From assembly GCA_028291345.1 (NCBI GenBank), contig JAQGIF010000270.1, positions 16,577-80,576 on the forward strand: DNA of 64,000 bases, in the 5' to 3' direction. This DNA comes from Rhodospirillales bacterium. Its GTDB lineage: Bacteria; Pseudomonadota; Alphaproteobacteria; BOG-932; Roseiterribacteraceae. Shown here in pieces: positions 38,435 through 46,838 of the stretch. Position numbers and translations under genes: made by a program. The notes beneath the pieces were generated by a model that worked only from the letters and a program-made list of their open reading frames with translations, was not told the origin of the DNA and made no database searches. Within the stretch, counting starts at the first letter, position 1. Each line of letters begins with the position of its first letter.

Positions 38435-39591
38435 GTGCCCCTCAGCAGCAGCGCGCTGGTCACGCCGCCGACATAGCCCGGCGCGCCGGTGCTGAGCGCG
38501 ATCTTGGCGCCCGGGACCTGACGGTCGCCGGCGGCACCGCGCAATTGCTGCACCGCCTCGGCGATATGGTTCCAGCCATGAACATAGCCTTCGGACAGGA
38601 AGCCGCCATGGGTGTTGACCGGTAGCGAGCCGCCGAGCGCGGTAGCACCCGACAGTACGAAATCCCCGCCCTCGCCCTTGGCGCAGAAACCGTAATCCTC
38701 GAGCTGGATCAGAACGGCGGCGGTGAAGCAATCATAGATCATTGCGACATCGACATCGGCCGGACCGAGCCCTGCCTTTTTATAAAGGCGGGGCACCATC
38801 ACCGCCGCCGAGGAAGTGCCCGGCGGCGGTTGTCGGTTCGAGAACAAGGTCTGGCCACCGCCCCAGGCCGCGGCGCGCACCAGCACCGGCGGCTGGCGGA
38901 GATCGCGTGCCCTTTCCGGGCTGCAAACCAGGATGGCGACCGCGCCGTCCGTCTCCAGGCAGCAATCCAGCAGCCGGAAGGGATCGGCGACCATGCGGGA
39001 GGCGAGATAATCATCATAGCTCATCGGCGCACGCATCAGGGCGCGAGCGTTCTTTTCGGCATGCCGCCGCTGGGTCATCGCGACCGCAGCCAGATGCCGA
39101 GGGGTGATGCCATATCGGTGCATATAGGCTTGCGCCACCATAGCGTATTGTTGGGGCGGGGCGACATAGCCGTAAGGGGCCTGATACTGCGTCTCCACCG
39201 AATCAACGGCGGGCCGCGCGGTCCCGCCCATGCGGAATTCGGAGCGGGCGTTGATCGCACGGTAGCAGACGACATAGTCGGCGACGCCTGAAGCGACCGC
39301 CAGCGCCGCCTGCCCGACCACCGCATGTGACGAGCCGCCGCCGCCGAATTGATCGACAAAATAGCTGAGGTCGCGAATGCCCACTGCCTGGGCAACGACG
39401 GCGGACGGAATGGAATCGCCGACACGATGCGTGGCGATGCCGTCGAGCCGGTTAGGCGGCAGGCCGGCATCGTCCAGCGCGGCCATGATGGCGCGCAACG
39501 CCAATGTCAGGGTGCTGACGCCCGAGTTCTTTGAGAATTCGGTATATCCGACGCCGGCGATCGCCCCCCTGTCGGCCAAGTCGAACGCCAT
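38431..39591 (-). CDS. Thiolase-like protein (SCP-x / lipid-transfer-protein type)
   Basis: 386 aa from MAFDLADRGAIAGVGYTEF, preceded by GAGGGGA. Thiolase-fold C-terminal motifs (NTHGGFLSEGYVHG). Pairing with DUF35 is typical of this subfamily. Confidence 0.85.
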   Translation of the reverse strand: MAFDLADRGAIAGVGYTEFSKNSGVSTLTLALRAIMAALDDAGLPPNRLDGIATHRVGDSIPSAVVAQAVGIRDLSYFVDQFGGGGSSHAVVGQAALAVASGVADYVVCYRAINARSEFRMGGTARPAVDSVETQYQAPYGYVAPPQQYAMVAQAYMHRYGITPRHLAAVAMTQRRHAEKNARALMRAPMSYDDYLASRMVADPFRLLDCCLETDGAVAILVCSPERARDLRQPPVLVRAAAWGGGQTLFSNRQPPPGTSSAAVMVPRLYKKAGLGPADVDVAMIYDCFTAAVLIQLEDYGFCAKGEGGDFVLSGATALGGSLPVNTHGGFLSEGYVHGWNHIAEAVQQLRGAAGDRQVPGAKIALSTGAPGYVGGVTSALLLRGT

Positions 39592-39692
39592 CGATTCCCC
39601 TCGCCTCCCTGGCCCCTTGCCTCCCTCGGCATTCTGATTATCATCGCCCCAACAGCCGAACAAGCGGTAGTTTGGTTTAGGGAAGGTATCGG

Positions 39693-40904
39693 ATGACGAA
39701 GGTCAAGATTTTCGCCGGCGTGCGCGTCGTCGAACTGGGGCAATATGTGATGGTGCCTTCGGCTGGTGCGATGCTGGCGGATTTTGGCGCGGAAGTCATC
39801 AAGGTCGAGACGCCGGGCGCGGGCGATCCTTATCGCAGCCTGGTCGTCGATGTGCGCGGCGCCGGGCGGCCGAATTTCAGCCTGGAGCAGAATAACCGCG
39901 GCAAGAAGAGCATCGCGCTGGACCTCAAGGCGGAGGCGGGCCAGGCGTTGTTCTATCGGTTGATTGAAACGGCCGATGTCTTCCTGACCAGCCTGAGGCC
40001 CGGCGCGCTAAGGCGGATGGGGCTGGATGTCGAAACGCTGCGCAAACACAACCCGAAGATCATCTATGGCCGGGCGAACGGGCTGGGCTTCAAGGGCGCC
40101 GAGGCCGACAAGCCCGGCTTCGATGCCAGCGCCTTCTGGGCACGCGGCGGCTTTGCTGACTTGCTGACGCCCAAATCGGGTGAGTTCATCCGCCAGCCGC
40201 GCGCGTTGGGCGATCATTCGGCGGCGATGAGTCTTGCCTTTGGCATTGCGGCGACTCTGTTCCGGCGGGCCACGACCGGCGAGCCCTCGCTGATCGAGAC
40301 CTCACTGCTGGCGACCGCGGCCTGGGTACTGTCGAACGATCTTGTCGCCTCCCAGGAGCGCACCCAAGACGCCGACGTTCAACGAAGGGCGGTCGAGCGC
40401 AACCCACTGGTCGGAACCTATCGCACGCGCGATGGCCGCTGGATTCAACTCGTGTTTCTCGAGCCGCAGCGCTATTGGCCGGGCCTGTGCGAAGCGCTGG
40501 GACGGCCCGAACTGGCCGCCGATCCGCGCTTTGCCGATGCTAAGGCGCGGGCGGAAAACGGCATTGCCTGCCTGGCGTTGCTGACCGAGATTTTTGCCGG
40601 GCGGGATTGGCCCGATTGGCAGGGTAGCTTCGAAGGGCTCGATGCGCCTTGGGAACTTGTTCGGTCGATCAACGATGTCTTCGCCGACCCGCAAACAGTC
40701 AGCAACGGGCATGTCTTCGATGTCGACATGGCCGATGGCGGCACGGTGAAGCTGGTGGCGACGCCGGTGACCGTTGACGGGACGCCGCAAACCGGCACGC
40801 ATCGCGCGCCGGATTGCGGCCAGCATACAGATGCCCTGCTGGCCGAATACGGGATTCCGGCGGGCGAGATCGCGGCGCTGAAGCGCGCCGGCGTCGTAGC
40901 CTAG
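39693..40904 (+). CDS. Family III CoA-transferase (CaiB/BaiF)
   Basis: 403 aa. N-terminal FAGVRVVELGQYVMVPSAGAMLADFGAEVIKVETPGAGDP is the family hallmark. Confidence 0.9.
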   Translation: MTKVKIFAGVRVVELGQYVMVPSAGAMLADFGAEVIKVETPGAGDPYRSLVVDVRGAGRPNFSLEQNNRGKKSIALDLKAEAGQALFYRLIETADVFLTSLRPGALRRMGLDVETLRKHNPKIIYGRANGLGFKGAEADKPGFDASAFWARGGFADLLTPKSGEFIRQPRALGDHSAAMSLAFGIAATLFRRATTGEPSLIETSLLATAAWVLSNDLVASQERTQDADVQRRAVERNPLVGTYRTRDGRWIQLVFLEPQRYWPGLCEALGRPELAADPRFADAKARAENGIACLALLTEIFAGRDWPDWQGSFEGLDAPWELVRSINDVFADPQTVSNGHVFDVDMADGGTVKLVATPVTVDGTPQTGTHRAPDCGQHTDALLAEYGIPAGEIAALKRAGVVA

Positions 40905-41495
40905 ATGGACAGCGCCCCGGTCAGCCGCCGCGAGGACATACTGGCTATTTCCGCCCGCCTGTTCGCCGAGCGGGGGTTTGACCGCACGACGATGCGCGAG
41001 ATCGCGGCTGAGGCCGGCATCCAGGCGGCTAGCCTGTATCATCATTTCGCGACCAAGGACGACATTCTCCATGCGGTAATCCGGGATTTCCTGCAGGGCC
41101 TGCCCAAGGCCTATCGCGACATCATCGCGGAGAATCCGGGGCCGGATCGGGTGATTCGCGTCTTTGTCGCCTTCGCGCTGCACATCGCGCTGGAAAATTC
41201 GGTCGTGCTCTCGATCGTGATCCGGGAGCGCAAGGCGCTCGCCGGGCACGCCGGCTTTGCCTATGTCGAGGCGACCATGCGCGAGGTGCGGGCGATCTGG
41301 CTGGAGATGTTTCAGAAAGGCGCCGCCCAGGGCGTGTTCCGGCAGGACCTGAATCCGCATGTTGTGATCCGGATGATGATGGATTTGGTCGGATCGGCCG
41401 CCGAATGGTACCGGCCGAATAGCGGGCGCTACGACTTCGACGATGTCATCCGCACGGAACTGGGCTTCATCTTTAACGGAATCGAAGCGCGTTGA
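40905..41495 (+). CDS. TetR/AcrR family transcriptional regulator
   Basis: 196 aa. N-terminal HTH ILAISARLFAERGFDRTTMREIAAEAGIQAASLYHHF. Confidence 0.9.
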   Translation: MDSAPVSRREDILAISARLFAERGFDRTTMREIAAEAGIQAASLYHHFATKDDILHAVIRDFLQGLPKAYRDIIAENPGPDRVIRVFVAFALHIALENSVVLSIVIRERKALAGHAGFAYVEATMREVRAIWLEMFQKGAAQGVFRQDLNPHVVIRMMMDLVGSAAEWYRPNSGRYDFDDVIRTELGFIFNGIEAR

Positions 41496-41566
41496 CACCA
41501 GACCGGAGCCGGCACTAGTCTCAGTCTAACGCTTGTTAGGGAAATACTAAAAACCAGGGGAACATC

Positions 41567-42691
41567 ATGGATTGCCGCGTTATCTCGGCCGATAACCACA
41601 TCAACGAGCCGCCCTGGGTATTCGACCGCGTTCCGGCGGGTCTGAAGGATCGGGCGCCCAGGATCATGCGGGGCGCCGATGGTGGCGACGGCTGGAGCTT
41701 TGACGGTTTGCCGCCCAAGCGGACCTTCGGCATCGAGGCGATGGCGGGGTTCGACCGGAAGGATTTCCGGCTGAGTGGCCTGCGGTTCGACCAGATCAGG
41801 CCCGGGAACTATGACGGCGCCGAACACCTGAAGGATATGGATATCGACGGCGTCTATGGCTCGGTCACCTATCCGGCCAATGTTATCCAGGTCTACAGCA
41901 TGGCCGACCGCGAGATGGCGCTGGCGTGCCTCAGATCCTACAATGACTGGATGCTGGAGGATTTCCAGCCGGTCGATCCGAAGCGGCTGATTGCACTGCC
42001 GATGCTGCCGACCGAGGACGGGATCGAGACCTGCCTGGTCGAATTCGACCGGGCGATGCGGAAGGGCGCTAAGGCCCTGTTCATCCCGGGCATGCCGGCG
42101 CGGCCCTATAACGATCCCTATTACGAACCATTGTGGAAAGCGGCATGCGCGGCCGGGGTCGCGCTGACCTTCCACCGCACCTTCGGCGGTAAGCCCGACA
42201 AGTCCGACTGGGACGAGCTGGTCGATCAGAAGGTGAGCGTCGGCGGCATCGTGTTTCGCTATTTCTCGGGCGTTCGGCCGCTGACCTATATGATTTTCGC
42301 CGGCGTTTTCGACCGCCATCCGAACCTCAAGATCGTCGCGGGCGAGGTCGACGCCGGCTGGGTGCCCTTCTGGATCCAGACCATGGACCATCACTGGGAG
42401 GCGCAGCAGGCTTGGTTCCCGCAGAGCCTCGAGCACAAACCCTCCGACTTCGTCGGTGTGAATGTGTTCACCACCGCGATCGACGATTATGTCGGATACG
42501 ACCTGATCGCCACCGGCAAGTACCCTGCTCTGACGAACGCCACGATGTTCTCGTCCGACTATCCCCACAGTGCGACCATCTGGCCGAATTCGGCCAAGGT
42601 AGCGGAGCAGGTGACGCGGAGCATGACGGTGGAGGATCGCTATAAGGTGCTGGAGGGGAATGCGGTTCGGGTGTTTGGTTTCGGCCGGTAA
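41567..42691 (+). CDS. Amidohydrolase-2 family protein (ACMSD / LigW-type metal-dependent hydrolase or decarboxylase)
   Basis: 374 aa. N-terminal ISADNHINEP (His-x-His-like metal motif region) and C-terminal FSSDYPH, typical of PF04909-type enzymes (recalled from memory). Confidence 0.8.
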   Translation: MDCRVISADNHINEPPWVFDRVPAGLKDRAPRIMRGADGGDGWSFDGLPPKRTFGIEAMAGFDRKDFRLSGLRFDQIRPGNYDGAEHLKDMDIDGVYGSVTYPANVIQVYSMADREMALACLRSYNDWMLEDFQPVDPKRLIALPMLPTEDGIETCLVEFDRAMRKGAKALFIPGMPARPYNDPYYEPLWKAACAAGVALTFHRTFGGKPDKSDWDELVDQKVSVGGIVFRYFSGVRPLTYMIFAGVFDRHPNLKIVAGEVDAGWVPFWIQTMDHHWEAQQAWFPQSLEHKPSDFVGVNVFTTAIDDYVGYDLIATGKYPALTNATMFSSDYPHSATIWPNSAKVAEQVTRSMTVEDRYKVLEGNAVRVFGFGR

Positions 42692-42964
42692 TCGCGCTTT
42701 CACCCTAGCCTTTCCCGTAAAATGGTGGGGAATAATCGCCGTATCAGCAACGGCGACCAGTTCCATGCGGTCTCTAATTCGGCGCCCACCCACGGCGTAT
42801 CAAGCCAGTGGAAGGGCTATTGGCAACGTTCGAGCGCGACTTCAGGAGAACAATAACGTTATTTCGACTGTTTCGGTTGCTTCGAATATTGCGTTTATGC
42901 GCAAGATAGCTTTGTCTGATTCGTCGGATTTATCCGATCCGAGAACAGGGGAGATGACGGTACT

Positions 42965-43414
42965 ATGAACGCGCTGCTCGAAAAACCGGATACCGTTGTA
43001 CCAACGGAGGAGGATACGGCCCTTGCAACCGCTTCGAGCCGTATTCTCGCAAACGCAAAGCCAGAAACCGAGCTGACTGTCCATCTAGATAATGGGCAAA
43101 CTCTATTGTTGCCAAAGGCGGTAACGCGCCTGCTTTCGCACATTCTAGCTGAAATGGCTCATGGGAATGCGCTCACCCTTATACCCGTGCATGCCGAGTT
43201 AACGACCCAAGAGGCCGCCGATTATCTTGGAGTTTCTCGTCCTTATTTGATTTCCATGCTCGACGGGGGGACTCTACCTTTTAGCAAAGTCGGAACTCAC
43301 CGACGAATAAGGTTCAATGATATAAAAGCCTTTAAGGAAATAAAGGACAAAGCTCGTGAGGCCGCGATGCAGGCATTGGTCGAGCAAGCTCAGGAACTTA
43401 ATATGGGATACTAA
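42965..43414 (+). CDS. Excisionase-family (MerR-like HTH_17) DNA-binding protein, antitoxin-like, orphan
   Basis: 149 aa. LTTQEAADYLGVSRPYLISMLDGGTLPFSKVGTHRRIRFNDIKAF is a canonical excisionase-type HTH. The gene sits in a locally low-GC block (~45-50%). Confidence 0.8.
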   Translation: MNALLEKPDTVVPTEEDTALATASSRILANAKPETELTVHLDNGQTLLLPKAVTRLLSHILAEMAHGNALTLIPVHAELTTQEAADYLGVSRPYLISMLDGGTLPFSKVGTHRRIRFNDIKAFKEIKDKAREAAMQALVEQAQELNMGY

Positions 43415-43535
43415 ACGGCCAACCTTTTAAGGCCCTACACAACAATTTTGTGATTATCGCGCGATCGACAGGACTAGCGTCCTGCCTTCGATCTTCTCCG
43501 ACTTCAACACGCCCCGCCGCTTATCGATCTCGGTC

Positions 43536-43810
43536 AATGCCCGCGCCGAGGGCGCTTTGCTGGAGAAGGTGGCGACGGCCGATGCCGGCGGGCATGCGCT
43601 GCTGACCGAGGCTGCGGCCCGCATGCAGCTGACGGCGCGGGGTATCACCGTGTGCTGAAGGTCGCCCGCACGCTGGCCGATCTGGACGGCACGGACGGCG
43701 TGCGCCGGTTGCATGTGGCGGAGGCGCTGAGTTACCGCAGGCTGGCGCCGGAGGGTGAATGTTCTTGCGATAAAGAGCGCGTCGCCTTCGATTCAAAGGA
43801 ACGGGGTTGA
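43536..43810 (+). pseudogene. comM: 3' remnant of the comM/yifB (Mg-chelatase-like AAA+ ATPase) gene, 5'-truncated and frameshifted
   Basis: Frame A reads [36 protein letters not shown] and then hits a stop. The +2 frame continues [33 protein letters not shown], the conserved ComM C-terminus. A 1-nt loss at ~43641-43643 joins the two frames. About 400 N-terminal codons are absent. Confidence 0.8.
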
Positions 43811-44319
43811 GTATATATTTCGTCATTTTCGGCGCCGCGGTCCACGCTGATGGAACGCCCAGTGCGACGCTTAAGCACAGGGTGGATAACGCCCTCCTTC
43901 TGGCAAGAAAAGCACCAAGCCGCATGTTCCTCGCGACCGGCGGCCTCGGTCGGCGTGGTCCCGCCGAGGCTCATATCATCCGCGATTGCCTTGTCGCCGG
44001 CGGCATCGATCACAGCGAGATATTGGTGGAGGATCGCGCGACAGACACTTTGGAATCGGCCGTCTATTGCGACAGAATTTTGCGTCAGCGAAAAGATGTC
44101 GAGCTGCTGATCCCCTGTTCGAGCGGGTACCACAATCCGCGATGTGCCCTTTTGCTGCGCATCCTGGGCTATCGTGTTCGGATGGTTAGCGTCCCGTCCG
44201 ACTGCGAGTTTGTGGGCCTGCGAACATGGACGCTTTATGTCTTGAAGGAGATACTTGCCCTGCCCTACGACGCAATGCTGTTGCTGGCGAAGCGGATCAC
44301 GAATAGAGGCGGCTTATGA
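43807..44319 (+). CDS. YdcF/ElyC (DUF218) family protein
   Basis: 170 aa. The TTG start overlaps the stop of the comM remnant (TTGA). Motifs FVIFGAAV...[17 protein letters not shown] and [11 protein letters not shown] fit DUF218. Confidence 0.75.
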   Translation: MSIYFVIFGAAVHADGTPSATLKHRVDNALLLARKAPSRMFLATGGLGRRGPAEAHIIRDCLVAGGIDHSEILVEDRATDTLESAVYCDRILRQRKDVELLIPCSSGYHNPRCALLLRILGYRVRMVSVPSDCEFVGLRTWTLYVLKEILALPYDAMLLLAKRITNRGGL

Positions 44320-44359
44320 GCTGTCCATTGGCGGTTGCGGTTCGAGGTTGTAACCCCCC

Positions 44360-45400
44360 TCAAGCTGCCGCCAACGCCTCCCTGACCAGCTTCTGAAAAT
44401 ACCACACCCCATTCTCGTGCCGGGGGCTGAGCCGCCCCGTCTCGTACAGCCCGGTATCGAGATTCCGCTGCACCGCCTCGCAAATCTGGACGTCTTCCTT
44501 GGTCACCTCCAGCGATGCCCCGATTGCGGCCGCGATCTTGGTTTCGGCGGCGGGGGAGACGTCCTGGAAGAAGAAGCTATAGACCAGCTTTGTGCGGTTC
44601 GGGCCCATTGGCATCATGCGTTCGATGTTCATGCCGGTGGGATAGATGTTGATCGCCAGGTTGGGGAAGCGCCACAACCATAGGCCGGAATAGTTGGCGC
44701 CATCGCGTTGCGGCGCCTGGTGAACCGTGTGGCGGTCTTTCAGGACAACCTGGTACTGTTTCGGATCGATCTCGCGGTCGAGGCCGGGATGCATGGCCTG
44801 GACGTGATAGCCCTCGGCGTAATTATCGACATAGGTCTTCCAGTTGCAGGCGATCTCATGCTCGGCGCGGCTGTGGAAATGATAGCTTTCGATCGGGAAG
44901 GCGGCGGTTTCCTCTGTGAGGGCGAGCATAGCTTGGTCCAACGGTTCGGCGTCGGCTGAGAGATTGACGAAGATCAGGCCCCGCCAGATGCCGACCTGGA
45001 GCGGGAACAGGCCGAAATCCTGCTTGTCGAACTCCGCGGCTTCGCCGAATTCCGGCGTGCGGCGGAGCGCGCCCTTGGTGTCATAGACCCAGCCGTGATA
45101 ACGGCAGCGCAGGATATCGCACTTGCCACGACCGTCCCACAGGATCGGGCCGGCGCGGTGGCGGCAGACATTGTGGAATGCGCGTAATTCGCCTTCCCGG
45201 TCGCGGATCACGAAAATTGGTGATCCGGCGATGGTTTCGGTGAGATAGCTGCCGGGCTCCGGCAACTCGGCCTCGCGGCCGATCAGCAGCCATTCGCGGC
45301 CGAAGATGGTCCGGCGTTCGTGCTCCCATATCCCGGGGTCGGCACCGTACCAGGAGGCCGGCAGGGTCACAGCGTGCGCCAGTTCTTCGATAACGCTCAT
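44360..45400 (-). CDS. Rieske [2Fe-2S] non-heme-iron oxygenase, alpha subunit-like
   Basis: 346 aa from MSVIEELAH, preceded by AAGGAG. Rieske motif CRHRAGP...CRYHGW. Mononuclear Fe motif NYAEGYHVQAMHP. No beta subunit or reductase gene is adjacent. Confidence 0.88.
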   Translation of the reverse strand: MSVIEELAHAVTLPASWYGADPGIWEHERRTIFGREWLLIGREAELPEPGSYLTETIAGSPIFVIRDREGELRAFHNVCRHRAGPILWDGRGKCDILRCRYHGWVYDTKGALRRTPEFGEAAEFDKQDFGLFPLQVGIWRGLIFVNLSADAEPLDQAMLALTEETAAFPIESYHFHSRAEHEIACNWKTYVDNYAEGYHVQAMHPGLDREIDPKQYQVVLKDRHTVHQAPQRDGANYSGLWLWRFPNLAINIYPTGMNIERMMPMGPNRTKLVYSFFFQDVSPAAETKIAAAIGASLEVTKEDVQICEAVQRNLDTGLYETGRLSPRHENGVWYFQKLVREALAAA

Positions 45401-45506
45401 GTCGGCTCCTTGGTGGCTACGGGCAACTATCGATTTTTCCAGGCATTTCGACAATGCGATTATCGACGCGGGGCAGGCGAGCGGGCATAGTGCATGCAGC
45501 AATGAC

Positions 45507-46838
45507 ATGGACGGCATGAGTAAATCGCATCCCCGTAAACTTGGCCCGGTTCTGGCCATCATGTTCGTCACGGGCAACATGGTGGGTTCCGGCCTGTTCC
45601 TCCTGCCCGCGACCTTGGGCGCAATCGGCGGCATATCGGTATTCACTTGGGCGCTGGCGACCATCGGCGCGCTGCTGATTGCCGGCGTCTTCGCCAAGCT
45701 GGGCGTGCTGGCGCCCTGGGCGGGCGGCCCTTACGCCTATGCCAGGGCGACATTGGGGCGGTATTTCGGGTTCCAGACCAATTACATCTATTGGATATCG
45801 ACCTGGGTCGGCAATGTGGGGGTCGCGCTGGCGGTCACCGGTTATGTGCTGGAGCTGTTCCCCGGCCCGAAGTCGCCGATGCTGTCGGCGATGGTCACCT
45901 CGGCGGTGATCTGGATCATGATCGGGGCCAATATGGTTGGGCCGAGGATCGTCGGTTTCATCGAAGCCTCCGCCCTGCTAATCGGGCTTGCGCCCATCCT
46001 GGTGATCGGGCTGGTCGGCTGGTTCTATTTCGACCCGCACATCTTCGCGGCCTCCTGGAACGTGTCTGGCCGTTCCGCCTTCGCCGCGGTGCCGGCCTCT
46101 TTGATCTTGGTATTCTGGGCTTTTACCGGGCTGGAAAGCGCGGCAGTAGCGGTCGAGGTGATCGAGAACCCGAAGCGCAACCTGCCGATCGCTGCGCTGG
46201 GCGGCGTTTGCATCGCGGCACTGATCTATATCGTGTCCTGCACGGTGTTGATGGGTATTGTGCCGGCTAAGGAACTGGCCGAGTCCTCGGCGCCCTTCGC
46301 CTTGGTTGCGCGGCAGCTTTTCGGACCGGCGATCGCGACCGTGATCATCTTCACGACGATCTTGAAGGCCTCCGGCACGCATGGTGGGCTGACCCTGGTT
46401 GCCATCGCTACGGCCAAGGCTGCCGCCGAGGACGGGGCGTTCCCGCGCATGTTCGGAGCCGTCGATCGCCGGGGCATCCCGATGCAGAGTCTTCTGGTGC
46501 ACGGTGTCTTGATGACCGCCGCCGCCTTCGCGACCACATCGCCCACGCTGAGCCAGCAATTCAGCAAGCTGATCGACGTGGCGGTGGTGTTCTCGCTGGT
46601 TATCTATGTCTATAGCGCCTATGCGCTGTGGCGGCTGCGGCCGGCTGGCACGCCGGGCCAGACCCGTGACCGGATCATGGCGGTACTGGCTGCCGGGTTT
46701 TCGATCTGGGTGATCGCCGCGTCGGATTCCACCTTGCTGCTGATAGCGACCGCGATCCTGGCGACCAGCCTGCCGCTGTTCCCATTCTATAAAGGCCGGC
46801 TCGATGTCACCCCGCTGCCTGTCGGGCAGGAAGCTTGA
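45507..46838 (+). CDS. APC superfamily amino acid / polyamine permease
   Basis: 443 aa. About 12 hydrophobic segments. N-terminal FVTGNMVGSGLFLLPATL is typical of APC transporters. Confidence 0.88.
   Translation: MDGMSKSHPRKLGPVLAIMFVTGNMVGSGLFLLPATLGAIGGISVFTWALATIGALLIAGVFAKLGVLAPWAGGPYAYARATLGRYFGFQTNYIYWISTWVGNVGVALAVTGYVLELFPGPKSPMLSAMVTSAVIWIMIGANMVGPRIVGFIEASALLIGLAPILVIGLVGWFYFDPHIFAASWNVSGRSAFAAVPASLILVFWAFTGLESAAVAVEVIENPKRNLPIAALGGVCIAALIYIVSCTVLMGIVPAKELAESSAPFALVARQLFGPAIATVIIFTTILKASGTHGGLTLVAIATAKAAAEDGAFPRMFGAVDRRGIPMQSLLVHGVLMTAAAFATTSPTLSQQFSKLIDVAVVFSLVIYVYSAYALWRLRPAGTPGQTRDRIMAVLAAGFSIWVIAASDSTLLLIATAILATSLPLFPFYKGRLDVTPLPVGQEA

Noticed and set aside
40302-41498. 398-aa minus-strand ORF antisense to the CoA-transferase and TetR genes
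   Set aside because: The composition is Arg/Gly/Pro/His-rich with no motifs. It lies entirely opposite two well-supported genes. This is the classic shadow ORF of high-GC coding DNA.
41429-42793. 454-aa minus-strand ORF antisense to the amidohydrolase gene
   Set aside because: Same reasoning as above. It has low-complexity Arg/Gly/His content, while the plus-strand gene has clear family motifs, an SD sequence and sensible boundaries.
42692-42964. Possible degraded integrase, transposase or toxin fragment upstream of the HTH gene
   Set aside because: A six-frame reading by eye gave only short, stop-interrupted stretches with no familiar motifs. A tblastx search would be needed to be sure.
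43415-43535. Search for a PIN or other toxin gene downstream of the HTH antitoxin-like gene
   Set aside because: Only ~120 bp lie before the comM remnant. No ORF or recognisable toxin fragment appears in any frame.
45401-45697. N-terminal extension of the Rieske oxygenase ORF to 445 aa
   Set aside because: The extension overlaps the divergent permease start and lacks homology-like features. The ATG at 45400 is preceded by AAGGAG and gives the expected ~346-aa protein.
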